From the IMG/VR virus record IMGVR_UViG_3300032007_000006, positions 121,360 through 185,359 of that record: 64,000 nucleotides of DNA; one strand, given 5' to 3'. Below the pieces are notes generated by a model. That model was not told the DNA's origin, did no database searches, and saw nothing but the letters and a program-made list of their open reading frames with translations. Source of the DNA: a virus. Lineage: Duplodnaviria > Heunggongvirae > Uroviricota > Caudoviricetes. Positions 38,549 through 47,817 of the stretch are shown piece after piece; the stretch's first letter is position 1; each line of letters begins with the position of its first letter. Both the position numbers and the translations under genes were made by a program.

Positions 38549-38943
38549 TATTCTTCCTCCATTATGGCATTGTTCTTCTGCAACTCTGGTATTTCCATTC
38601 CCCATCCAACTTCAATCCATTTGGCCAGAAGTCGTCTGTGGCAGTCAAGATGATCTGCTTCCCAGCATAGCAGCACAATCTTTCTTCCTTTCAATGACAT
38701 TTCCTTCAGCTTCTGGGCGGCAATAGAAGCTGATTCCCGAGAATCAAGCAGTGCAAGATACTCCCTTGTCCATCTAATCTTGTCTTCCTTTGACTTGCCA
38801 AGCTGGACAAGCTCCCACGTTGGAGCAAATGGCTTGATATGAATGTCAAATGAACTTTCCTTTGGAACCTGCAGGGAGACTGCCGCTCTTATGCATCCTT
38901 CTGGAAACCATCTCCAGTGGCCATAGCAGGATGTCCATATCAT
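38548..38943 (-). CDS. DUF488-like protein
   Basis: IWTSCY...APTWELV...VLLCWE...CHRRLLAKW. Confidence 0.75.
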   Translation of the reverse strand: MIWTSCYGHWRWFPEGCIRAAVSLQVPKESSFDIHIKPFAPTWELVQLGKSKEDKIRWTREYLALLDSRESASIAAQKLKEMSLKGRKIVLLCWEADHLDCHRRLLAKWIEVGWGMEIPELQKNNAIMEEE

Positions 38944-39803
38944 TCTGCATTGTCCTCAGCCATCCACATGTACTTCCAGTGTCCAAATGGAGGCCACTTT
39001 TTCTGGTCCGAAAATGATTCCAGACAGTTTTTTGCGGATGAAAGAGTTAACCATCTTAAATCGCTTTCTCCATCTGGATTGAAGCCAATGAAGATTGAAA
39101 GTTCTGGCTTGTCATTCAGATCATCGGCCACCCATACCTTGTCTCCCCATCTCAAAGATGCTGGATTCTTTGGAGTCTTTGCAGTTCCAACTAGTTCTTC
39201 GTTGAATCTATATGGAATATGCTCCTCATGCCAGTCGCCTTCACACCAGACTGCATTTCCCTCAACGGCCTGAACAGTGGAAACGATCCAAATTCCATTG
39301 TCTTTTCTAACGACTACCACATCATTGACTTCTGGAGTCTTGGCGTAGTGGTTCAGAAGATAAGCCTCTCCATAATAGTGAACATCTTTTTTCATTGGTA
39401 TTTTGGGTGATGCAAGGGCATCTTCAACTTTCTTTACGCTCTCTCTGGCTTTCTTTATGCTTTCATTAACTTCTTCAAACAGCGTGTCTGTCTCCTTCTG
39501 CTCATCTTCAGTTGGAAACTTTCTTCCAAGAACATCATAGTTGTCCTCATCTTTCTTTTTCTCGTCCATATTTTTCAATTCTTCCTGCAGGCGTTCATTA
39601 AGACGGTCATAGTTGCAGAGACGCATCCTCTCATTTTCCTTCATCCAGTTCCATATTCTTTTTATGGAAATGAACCTTCTTCCAGACTGCATCTCTTCAT
39701 CCAGCGCCTTAATGCGTTCATGCACATGGTCAACGATTGTCTTTGGCCGCAGAGCCTCATTGACTGCTTTTGCCATCTCCTTAATTTCACTGAAAAATCC
39801 CAT
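38940..39803 (-). CDS. Coiled-coil hypothetical protein with C-terminal CIPY/NEELVGT domain
   Basis: SD GGAGG; similarity to 37943..38338. Confidence 0.7.
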   Translation of the reverse strand: MGFFSEIKEMAKAVNEALRPKTIVDHVHERIKALDEEMQSGRRFISIKRIWNWMKENERMRLCNYDRLNERLQEELKNMDEKKKDEDNYDVLGRKFPTEDEQKETDTLFEEVNESIKKARESVKKVEDALASPKIPMKKDVHYYGEAYLLNHYAKTPEVNDVVVVRKDNGIWIVSTVQAVEGNAVWCEGDWHEEHIPYRFNEELVGTAKTPKNPASLRWGDKVWVADDLNDKPELSIFIGFNPDGESDLRWLTLSSAKNCLESFSDQKKWPPFGHWKYMWMAEDNAE

Positions 39804-39811
39804 GCTTCCTC

Positions 39812-41539
39812 CTAGTTTTCAAAAATTTCCGAGAACCCATTCACCTTTCTTGCCACAAGGCTTCTATCTGAAATCTGGTCAAATTCAGACGTGGAATGGG
39901 ATATGATGAAGATGTTCTGATTTTCGCAGGACTTTAATATGTTTACTACGGACGTAAAGCCATCTTCATCCAGCGTTCCCTGATCAAATTCGTCCAGAAC
40001 AAGAATGTTGGTTGAAACGCAGGAGCGTATCTTGGCTAGTTCTCTGAAGCTGAACAGAATGGCACAGTTGATTCGCAGCTTCTCGCCTTCGGAATAGTTG
40101 GAGTATTCAAACGATTCCATCCCCTTGGTAGAGATGGATTCATTGAACATTTCATCAAACTGAAAGCCTATTTCAAATCCAACAATCTTGAGATACTTGC
40201 CAACAAGCTGATTGATCAATGCAAGATGGCTTGAAACAACTCTGGCCTTGACGCCAGTGTCCTTGAACTCCATCAAAAAGAACTCCAGTATCTCCATTTC
40301 ATCCTTGAGGGACGTGATTTCCTTCTGCACTTCCTCCATTTCCGTTTCAAGTTCTATCGTGTCTCCAGCCGCCAGTCTCTTTTCTTCATCAATGCTCTGC
40401 TCTACGTTGAACTTCTGCCTCTCAACAAAAGAAATGTTGCTGGAAACGGCATCCTTTTCTGAAGCCAGTCTGTTGATTTCCGAAGATTTTCTAGCCACGT
40501 CGGAAACCCAGGAGGCAAGGGAGTCTCTTTGCTCCTTTATTCCAGCAAGATTCTTCTCAAAAGTTTCCATGTCTTTTTGAAAAATGCTGTTTGCTTCATT
40601 CAGTTCAGCGATCTTTCCATCAACAAAGGACTTGTTTAATTCCTGAAAGCATGTAGGACATGTGCAGTTTTCGTTGAAAAACTTGAGCATTTTTCTCCGT
40701 TCATTGTCCTTTACCATCTTTTTGGCCTTCCATTCAGAACTTTTTCTGATGGCTTCATCCAATTTTGACAGCTTCTCTCTTGCTTCCTCATATTTCCTTT
40801 TGTCAAGACTGGACATGGCCTTCTTTAACGACTGCTCTATTCCACTTCTTTTCTGCTTTAATTCCTCAATATTCCGCTCATAATCCATTACTTGCTGAAG
40901 CATTCGCTGAACGCTGTCCTCATTGTGCTTTTTCTGCATTGAAATCTTGACTTCAACTTCAGACTTTTTGGCTTCCAAACGATACATTCGGTCATCTATA
41001 ACTCGCATTTCCTGCTTGGCCACATCATTCAGCGCCTCAAACATGTCCAGAGACAGCAATTGCTCGACTACAGTCCTTCTGTCTCCAGCAGAAAGAGACA
41101 TGAATGGAACATAGGAGCTGGAACCAATGACCACAATCTGCCTGAAAGTCTTTTCATCCATCTTGAGCAGATGCTTGGAAAGATAGGCCTGATAGTCCTT
41201 GACAGAGGCGCTTTGCTCCTTCAATTTTCCATTTACCCATATCTCAAACAGGCCAGGCTTTGCTCCTCTTACAACCTTGCATGAATTGCCCATGTTTTCA
41301 AATTCAAGTTCAACTACCATTTCCTTCTTTGTTACGGAGTTAATCATGCGGGGAATGTTTGCATGTCGGAAAGACTTGCCATAAAGGGCATAGTATATCG
41401 AGTCTATGCAGACAGCCGATTTTGCGGCTCCATTCTCTCCAGAGACAGAAGTCACTCCATGAGTGTCAAGAGTCAACTCCACCCATTTTGGTCCTACTGA
41501 AAGGAAATTTTTCATCCTCACTTTCTTGAAGACTATCAT
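39812..41539 (-). CDS. gp46: Recombination exonuclease ATPase subunit (Rad50/SbcC-like)
   Basis: KNFLSVG, GENGAAKS, CPTC hook, YSEGEK, LDEFD. Confidence 0.95.
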   Translation of the reverse strand: MIVFKKVRMKNFLSVGPKWVELTLDTHGVTSVSGENGAAKSAVCIDSIYYALYGKSFRHANIPRMINSVTKKEMVVELEFENMGNSCKVVRGAKPGLFEIWVNGKLKEQSASVKDYQAYLSKHLLKMDEKTFRQIVVIGSSSYVPFMSLSAGDRRTVVEQLLSLDMFEALNDVAKQEMRVIDDRMYRLEAKKSEVEVKISMQKKHNEDSVQRMLQQVMDYERNIEELKQKRSGIEQSLKKAMSSLDKRKYEEAREKLSKLDEAIRKSSEWKAKKMVKDNERRKMLKFFNENCTCPTCFQELNKSFVDGKIAELNEANSIFQKDMETFEKNLAGIKEQRDSLASWVSDVARKSSEINRLASEKDAVSSNISFVERQKFNVEQSIDEEKRLAAGDTIELETEMEEVQKEITSLKDEMEILEFFLMEFKDTGVKARVVSSHLALINQLVGKYLKIVGFEIGFQFDEMFNESISTKGMESFEYSNYSEGEKLRINCAILFSFRELAKIRSCVSTNILVLDEFDQGTLDEDGFTSVVNILKSCENQNIFIISHSTSEFDQISDRSLVARKVNGFSEIFEN

Positions 41540-42591
41540 TTTCTCATTTCCTCGGCCTGCTTCCAGATTTTCTGCAGGAGCATCTGTGCGGCCTTCTCCT
41601 TTTCGGGTTCATCCTTCCACCTTAATGATATGTCATTAGACACCATTTTGATGGGATTGTCAATGTCTTCGATAACTGTCTCAACTTCTTCATCTTTTTG
41701 GACAGAGGCAATGACCTGCACCGTCTGTGCTCCAGATTCCGAAATTCTTGAGAGAATCTTTTCCACTTCCTTCGGCTTCACGTCTGGATCTATTGAAATT
41801 TTTATGAATTTTCCACTACAGTCTCCAAAGTCATTCTTTGCTGTCTTGGAGTTGACCGATATTTTCTTGTGTATGGAGCATTTAGTAAAAACTTCCTCAA
41901 TGGACCTGTCTTCTGTGTCGTAGACAAAAAATCTTTTCCTGTCTCCATAGTCATTCCAGTTCAGTTCATAGGGAGTGCCAACATAGATGATGTTGTCGTG
42001 TTCTGAAGTCAAATGATAATGGCCAGAGAATACCTTACGATACTTTCTTACGTCTTCCCTGTTAATGCAGTCTGTTTCGGACTTGAATCCTCTCACCATT
42101 TCAAAGCCAGCGAGTTCGAAGTGTCCAAGCAGAAACGTTTCTGAATCTGCATTCTCGGCAACGGCCTTGGCGCAGGTCTCCCTGTTCTCGTCACATACCC
42201 AGGGAATCATTAGAAACTTCTGTTCATCAAAATCAAATGAAGTTGGTTCCTTGACTATCCGAACATGCTTCAGCCTGTCGGACAATTGAGACATTCCGTC
42301 GATGGATATTGTATTCTTGTAGTAGGAGTCATGGTTGCCAACAAGCGATATGAAGTCCACTTCATTCTCTTCAAACCATTTGAAAAAGTGGTTCGTTATC
42401 CAGTCGGCAACCATGAAATCAATTGACTTTCTTCTGTCGTGGACGTCTCCAAGCTGAAGAACATGCCTTATTCCATTCTCCTTGATGTATGGAAAAAGCA
42501 TATTGAAAAAGAAGTCCTTCATCATTTTGAACAGGACTGGATTGGAGTTTCTCACTCCAATATGGAGATCTCCAAGAATCAATATCTTCAT
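41536..42591 (-). CDS. gp47: Recombination exonuclease nuclease subunit (Mre11/SbcD-like)
   Basis: GDLH, LGDVHD, GNHD, GHFE, GHYH. Confidence 0.95.
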   Translation of the reverse strand: MKILILGDLHIGVRNSNPVLFKMMKDFFFNMLFPYIKENGIRHVLQLGDVHDRRKSIDFMVADWITNHFFKWFEENEVDFISLVGNHDSYYKNTISIDGMSQLSDRLKHVRIVKEPTSFDFDEQKFLMIPWVCDENRETCAKAVAENADSETFLLGHFELAGFEMVRGFKSETDCINREDVRKYRKVFSGHYHLTSEHDNIIYVGTPYELNWNDYGDRKRFFVYDTEDRSIEEVFTKCSIHKKISVNSKTAKNDFGDCSGKFIKISIDPDVKPKEVEKILSRISESGAQTVQVIASVQKDEEVETVIEDIDNPIKMVSNDISLRWKDEPEKEKAAQMLLQKIWKQAEEMRK

Positions 42592-44213
42592 ATCATGATT
42601 CCCCTTTTGGCCAGTTCATCCTTTGCATCCTGCGCCAGATGCTTGTACTTGAAGGCTTCCTTCTTGTCGGCCTTTCTTTCTTTGAACAGCGTTGAAATTA
42701 GTTCTATAATGATGGACTTTCTAGTCACGTCAAAGAATTCGCAATTGGTTGAAAGTGAAACTCCCTTTTTCTTCAGCCACTTGACTACAGTTTCTGGCAT
42801 GTCATTGTTAATATAAAACTCATTGAATATGCCAGTTTTGGATATTTCTTCAAACATCGGCCTGCATTCCGATGAAGTTTGAAGAATTTCCATCAATTCG
42901 CTCTTCAGTTTGGTTCTTTCCTCTCCCTTCTTGTGAACGTCATCTCCAGTATTCCAGAGACGCATTATTGATGGATACAGGGAAGTAAAGTCAAACGAAG
43001 CAATGCATTTCTTCAGTCCAGGAACTGGAGAATGAACATAGGCTCCTTCATAATGCTCCTTGTGTATTTCTCTGTCCTTGAACTTCCAGGGAACAACCTT
43101 GTGGTTTTCCATTCCATGCCTGTAAATTAAAGTTTCCCACACTTTCACTGGAGAAAAGGAGTCTTCAAAGTTGATTCCAGAGAAATAGGACAGATACGCG
43201 GCAAGGGAAATGAACTGCAGGTCCCTTTCAAAGCATACTACGCATCGGACGTCCTGAATGTTGTAGTCTACAAAGAACTTTGGATCATCATAGTAGAGAG
43301 AGCCGTGCGTTCCTTCAAAGCGAAGCTTCACGTCTTCTGGATTTTCGCATCTGGAGATGTAGTCCAGCGTATATTTTTCTCTTGGAACAAACCTGTATTT
43401 CTTGTAAAGATCCAGATAGTCAAGAATTGATATTCCAACTATGTCATAATAGCCAATGCTTCCACCAAATGTAGTCTTTTCGACTCTTGCGTTGATGGCC
43501 TTCCATGGAGACAGGGCATTCTTTGCCGCCTTCTCGCCAAACAGATTGTTTAGTCTATTGACAATGTATGGAATGTCAAACAGCTTGACGTTCCAGCCAG
43601 TGACGATATGTGGATAATTGGCCATCCAGAAACTAAGCCATTTTCTTAGAAGTTCAACTTCATTTTTGCAATAGACGTATTCTACCTCTTCGGCATACTT
43701 CAATTGGGAATCTTTCTTTGTCCATCCAGGAGCCGTTGTGAAGACATGGTATGTCTTGTCATCAGACCTGTAGTCGCATATGGCATTGATTGGAAATCTG
43801 GCATCCTTCGCTTCGGGAAAGCCACCATCAATCCATTCGTCTCCAACTTTTTGACGAGTGCATACCTCAATGTCAAGAAAGGAAATCTTTAGTTTTGATG
43901 TATCCTTTTCATCATAGTTCTCATTCCAGATGTATTGAATGACTAGATCGTTACATCCATATATCTCATCTTCCCATTCCTTGTTCTCTTCCAAAAAACG
44001 ATTCAAGTCTCCAGTGGAGTCGAACCAGTGTTCATCAACATGGCATTCTCCACGAAAGTCAAGCCATTCAGTATTTTTTGAAGTAGCCTTGAACGCACAT
44101 GGATGGATTTTTTCCTTTCTTAGAGATTCCTTTCCATCAACTAGTTCTCTAATGACCATGTATCCACCAAGTCTGTCAACATTGATGTATTGCTTTCCCA
44201 AGATTTCCTCCAT
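42588..44213 (-). CDS. gp43: Family B DNA polymerase, N-terminal subunit (gp43A-like)
   Basis: ExoI DIE, ExoII GWNVKLFDIPY, ExoIII YNIQDV, motif A DFTSLYPS; stops in fingers, no KxxxNSxYG/YGDTDS. Confidence 0.92.
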   Translation of the reverse strand: MEEILGKQYINVDRLGGYMVIRELVDGKESLRKEKIHPCAFKATSKNTEWLDFRGECHVDEHWFDSTGDLNRFLEENKEWEDEIYGCNDLVIQYIWNENYDEKDTSKLKISFLDIEVCTRQKVGDEWIDGGFPEAKDARFPINAICDYRSDDKTYHVFTTAPGWTKKDSQLKYAEEVEYVYCKNEVELLRKWLSFWMANYPHIVTGWNVKLFDIPYIVNRLNNLFGEKAAKNALSPWKAINARVEKTTFGGSIGYYDIVGISILDYLDLYKKYRFVPREKYTLDYISRCENPEDVKLRFEGTHGSLYYDDPKFFVDYNIQDVRCVVCFERDLQFISLAAYLSYFSGINFEDSFSPVKVWETLIYRHGMENHKVVPWKFKDREIHKEHYEGAYVHSPVPGLKKCIASFDFTSLYPSIMRLWNTGDDVHKKGEERTKLKSELMEILQTSSECRPMFEEISKTGIFNEFYINNDMPETVVKWLKKKGVSLSTNCEFFDVTRKSIIIELISTLFKERKADKKEAFKYKHLAQDAKDELAKRGIMI

Positions 44214-44259
44214 TGAATCTGCCGCTGTCGGATTAAATATTCAAGACTTTAAAATCGGC

Positions 44260-45039
44260 ATGGCAGGCAGACTTTCATCCAAAGAAATTTATTCGCATTC
44301 CGCTGTCAGGAACGTATCTGTTGTCTTTGGATCAGTCTTTTCAAATCTTCATGTACGAAAGTACAAAAGGGATGGAAGCATTGATGAATCAACCTCCACC
44401 CTTGTTCCCATTGCCTATTCAGCAAAGGAAGCATACTCCCTCTGGATAGATGAGTCAATGAGAATGCCAGATGCCGCATCAGAAGTCAACGTAAAACTTC
44501 CCAGAATGTCATTTGAAATGACAGGCCTCGCGGCCGCGCCAGACAGGGGAATGAACGTAAATATTCCTATCCATGGCAGAAGCATATCTTCTAATGGTAC
44601 CGTTGTCAAGTCTAGAAGTCCTGTAGCATACAGTTTTGAGTTCACTTTGACAATATGGGCCAAGAACATGGACGATTCCATACAGATTCTGGATCAAATA
44701 CTTCCAATGTTTGCTCCAGAGGTGTCTATAAAAATGAAGGAATCCTTTGGAATAAATCTGATAAATGACGTAAAAATAGTTCTTGGATCAGTGTCCAAAG
44801 GCGACAACTATCAAACGATGCTTGAAAACCGTCTGATAAACTGGGATCTTTCATTTACTGTGTATGCCAATGTTCTGCCGCCAAGAACATCGGAAATGTC
44901 GGTTGTACAGGACGTTGTTGCGGACGTTATCGAAGCAAATCTTGCTCGTCCTGGGATTAATATAGAAAGAAACATATCATCAGAAGGACTTCATGAAAAG
45001 ATTCATGGAATCGAAACATCGGAAACGGAGCTACCATGA
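44260..45039 (+). CDS. gp15: Tail sheath stabilizer/terminator
   Basis: VFGSVFS...VPIAYSAKE...LPRMSFE...QILPMF...W LSFT; start re-set to ATG 44260. Confidence 0.88.
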   Translation: MAGRLSSKEIYSHSAVRNVSVVFGSVFSNLHVRKYKRDGSIDESTSTLVPIAYSAKEAYSLWIDESMRMPDAASEVNVKLPRMSFEMTGLAAAPDRGMNVNIPIHGRSISSNGTVVKSRSPVAYSFEFTLTIWAKNMDDSIQILDQILPMFAPEVSIKMKESFGINLINDVKIVLGSVSKGDNYQTMLENRLINWDLSFTVYANVLPPRTSEMSVVQDVVADVIEANLARPGINIERNISSEGLHEKIHGIETSETELP

Positions 45040-45119
45040 ACGCTTCAAGACTAGTGGTTTCTGGACAGGGTTATCTTCCTAAAGCCACAAACATACTGAG
45101 CATCAATAAAGGTGTTGCA

Positions 45120-45536
45120 ATGAGATACAAATATGATTGCTGCAGAGACATGGATGTTCTGTATCAGGATTCATCCCAGGCTGCGAGATATGACTTTTCC
45201 ATTCAAAAGGGAGCATCGGTGGATCTTGATCTGGAATACAAGGACTGCGACAGAGTTCCAATGAATTTGACTGGATATTCGGCCAGAATGAAAGCTGGAT
45301 GCTCAACTGGTCAGACGTTCACATTGAACGTTTCTATCTCCTGCTGCAGAGAAGGAATGATGAAGATTCACATGTCTCCATATGAAACCAGCAGAATATG
45401 GACATCAACTGATGAAATTGGGCATGTCGAGCAATATTCATATCAGCTGGACCTAGTTTCCCCAGGAAATGAAGTCTATCGCATCATGGAAGGCGTAATC
45501 GACGTGGCCTCATCGGCTGGATGCAGGAGCCACTAA
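45120..45536 (+). CDS. Structural protein with BppU-N-like domain
   Basis: FSIQKGAS...MNLTGYSARM...YSYQLDL...RIMEG; SD AAGGTG (alternative start 45036). Confidence 0.55.
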   Translation: MRYKYDCCRDMDVLYQDSSQAARYDFSIQKGASVDLDLEYKDCDRVPMNLTGYSARMKAGCSTGQTFTLNVSISCCREGMMKIHMSPYETSRIWTSTDEIGHVEQYSYQLDLVSPGNEVYRIMEGVIDVASSAGCRSH

Positions 45537-45539
45537 TCA

Positions 45540-46223
45540 ATGAACTACATAGACATTACCAGCAACAAGACTACGCATTGCGTAAAGCACAGAGTAGTCA
45601 AAGTAATTAACAGAGAAGGCATTCAAGGACCTCCTGGAAAGGATGGAATCACTCCGTCAATCAATTCGCAGAATGGTCATTGGATGCTTGGAGACATAGA
45701 CACTGGCATCCTGGCCGCTGGTCTTCCAGGTCAGACTCCATACATCAATGCAGAAGGCTACTGGTGCATTGGAGAAGAAAATACTGGAGTGAGTGCAACT
45801 GGTGCGCCAGGACCACAGGGAGAACGTGGATATACTCCATATATTGACAATGAAACCTATCACTGGTTCATCAACGGAGAAGACACTGGCGTTTCCGCGA
45901 TTGGAAAAGATGGACTTACACCAAGAATCCAGGATGGATTCTGGTGGATTGGCGAACTTAATACTGGCTATGAAGTTGTTGGAAAAGAGGCCATTCCAGA
46001 GCTTCTTTCCTTTGAAAATCGTCTTTGCTTTCCTCTTCTTGGAAACGTGAAGAACCTCTATGTAGATTCCACAACAAATGAATGCTATAGGTGGACTGGT
46101 TCTGCCTATGTGCGCTTTGAAACTCCATATGACTTCATCGACTGTGGTGGAGCCTCCGACTATTCCATTCAGCAGACCCAGTCCAGTTCTGGCTGTGGCT
46201 GCAACTGCAACTGTCATCCATAG
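45540..46223 (+). CDS. Collagen-like tail-fibre protein with G-x-W-x-I-G-x-x-T-G repeats
   Basis: GIQGPPGKDG, GAPGPQGERG, four W-x-I/L-G-x-x-T-G repeats; ends GCGCNCNCHP. Confidence 0.75.
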   Translation: MNYIDITSNKTTHCVKHRVVKVINREGIQGPPGKDGITPSINSQNGHWMLGDIDTGILAAGLPGQTPYINAEGYWCIGEENTGVSATGAPGPQGERGYTPYIDNETYHWFINGEDTGVSAIGKDGLTPRIQDGFWWIGELNTGYEVVGKEAIPELLSFENRLCFPLLGNVKNLYVDSTTNECYRWTGSAYVRFETPYDFIDCGGASDYSIQQTQSSSGCGCNCNCHP

Positions 46224-46261
46224 TGGTGACAAAAAAATCCATTTTTAGAAGGTGCATTAAC

Positions 46262-47710
46262 ATGGCAAATGAAAATCTGAACAAAAAGCTTAGAACTAGA
46301 ATCGCCCAAAAATGGGATACCACTGAAAACTGGGAAGCTTCAAGTCTAGTGCTTCTCAAAGGCGAACTTGCAATAGATGAACAAAATCGCATTAAAATCG
46401 GTGATGGACTTCATACTTGGAATGAACTTTCCTTTGTTGTTGACAAGGAAAGCACTGCCGTCATTGACTTTCCTGCAACGCTTCCTGCCGCAGATGCAGA
46501 AGGCCTTAAAGTTGGCCAGCTTGCTGTCGTAGATGATCAGCTCTACTGCCTAGTTGAAAAGGATGTAGATGGCACAAAGGTTCGCGAATGGGCCGAACTC
46601 AGCAATGCCGATGAAATTGCTGGCTTGAATGCTTCCATTGTTGCTCTGAAGAATGACATGGACGCAAAGGATGCCGCTCATGATGCAGCAATTGTGGCCC
46701 TTCAGGGTGCAGTTGATGGCGATCTTAATGATGTCAAGGATGCTGTTGCACAAAACGCATCTCTAATTGCAGAAAATCGTGCTGATCTTGATGGCGTTCT
46801 CGACATTACCAGAGACGATCAGACTGGTGAAGTCACCAAGCGCACTGTAAAGCTTTCTGCAATTCCAGAAGCCATCTATGTTGATGGCAAGATCAACAGC
46901 GCCGCTCTTCCTGCATTCGTTGATGACGTTCTCGAAGGTATCATTGCAATCAACAATGTTGATTCCGATGTTACCTATGCTCTTACGCATGACGAAAATG
47001 GCAAGATCATCGGTTTCTTTGGCATTGGTGAAGATTCTGGCACTACAAAGACGCTGAAGCTCATTACTGCTGGAACTCCAGATCCAAACGCAAATCTCAG
47101 CGGCGTCAGCACTGAAGTCGGTGGAATTACATACAATTTTGCTCCCGTTGCCGAAAAAGAGGCTCCAAGCACTTCCGTCATCTACGTTGACGTAATGAGC
47201 AGCAAGAGCTACCGCTGGTCTGGTACGCAGTTTGTTGCCATTGCTGGCGATCTTGCTCTTGGAACTACTTCTTCCAGCGCATTCTTTGGCGACCGTGGTC
47301 TGGCCGTTGAGCAGGAAGTCTTTGGCGATGGAACAGACGAGAAGGTTGGTCTTGTCACCAAGGTTGCCGATCTTGAAACCGCTCTTGCGGATGAAGTAGA
47401 AGCAAGAAACACCGCAATGGTTTCTCTTGCCACAGACCTTGAAAATTTCAAGACTTCAGCAGAAAGCAAGCATCAGGAACTTGAAGACGAAATTGCCTCC
47501 AGCATTGTTGCTCTCAAGGAAGAGTCTGAACGTGCAGATCAGGCCCACGATGCGGCTATTGTTGCTCTTCAGGAACAGGTTTCCAGCATTAGTGCAACGG
47601 CTTCAGGCGTTGATTTCAATGCTGTTATCAGCAATTCCGAAGCCGCCACTGAAGGCGCTCCTCTCAATGATGAAATCCTCGTTCTTGACTGTGGTGGAGC
47701 AAGCGCCTAG
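46262..47710 (+). CDS. Tail-fibre-type protein with Mtd/hyaluronidase-like N-terminal domain and coiled coils
   Basis: RIAQKWDTTENW...LLKGEL...KIGDG...W; SD AAGGTG. Confidence 0.75.
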   Translation: MANENLNKKLRTRIAQKWDTTENWEASSLVLLKGELAIDEQNRIKIGDGLHTWNELSFVVDKESTAVIDFPATLPAADAEGLKVGQLAVVDDQLYCLVEKDVDGTKVREWAELSNADEIAGLNASIVALKNDMDAKDAAHDAAIVALQGAVDGDLNDVKDAVAQNASLIAENRADLDGVLDITRDDQTGEVTKRTVKLSAIPEAIYVDGKINSAALPAFVDDVLEGIIAINNVDSDVTYALTHDENGKIIGFFGIGEDSGTTKTLKLITAGTPDPNANLSGVSTEVGGITYNFAPVAEKEAPSTSVIYVDVMSSKSYRWSGTQFVAIAGDLALGTTSSSAFFGDRGLAVEQEVFGDGTDEKVGLVTKVADLETALADEVEARNTAMVSLATDLENFKTSAESKHQELEDEIASSIVALKEESERADQAHDAAIVALQEQVSSISATASGVDFNAVISNSEAATEGAPLNDEILVLDCGGASA

Positions 47711-47740
47711 TCTAGAAGCATATACAGTTTAACTGTTTGA

Positions 47741-47765
47741 AGGAGGCCATTTAATGGCCTCCTTT
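47741..47765 (+). terminator. Intrinsic terminator
   Basis: AAGGAGGCCAT-loop-ATGGCCTCCTT followed by T-rich tract. Confidence 0.85.
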
Positions 47766-47787
47766 TCTTTTAACATCATAAAGACAT

Positions 47788-47795
47788 TGTAAATA
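47788..47795 (+). promoter_or_regulatory. Late promoter-like TGTAAATA
   Basis: 22 nt upstream of tail fibre 47818. Confidence 0.65.
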
Positions 47796-47817
47796 TTATG
47801 ATTGATCTTGTCAAGCA

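Noticed and set aside
42588-42700. gp43 as a pseudogene or frameshifted gene
   Set aside because: All N-half motifs are intact, the break is at the known gp43A/B split point, and gp47 is translationally coupled immediately after it.
43939-44259. N-terminal 107 aa of the gp15 ORF call
   Set aside because: Antisense shadow of gp43; gp15 similarity begins at ATG 44260, 20 nt after ATTAAATA.
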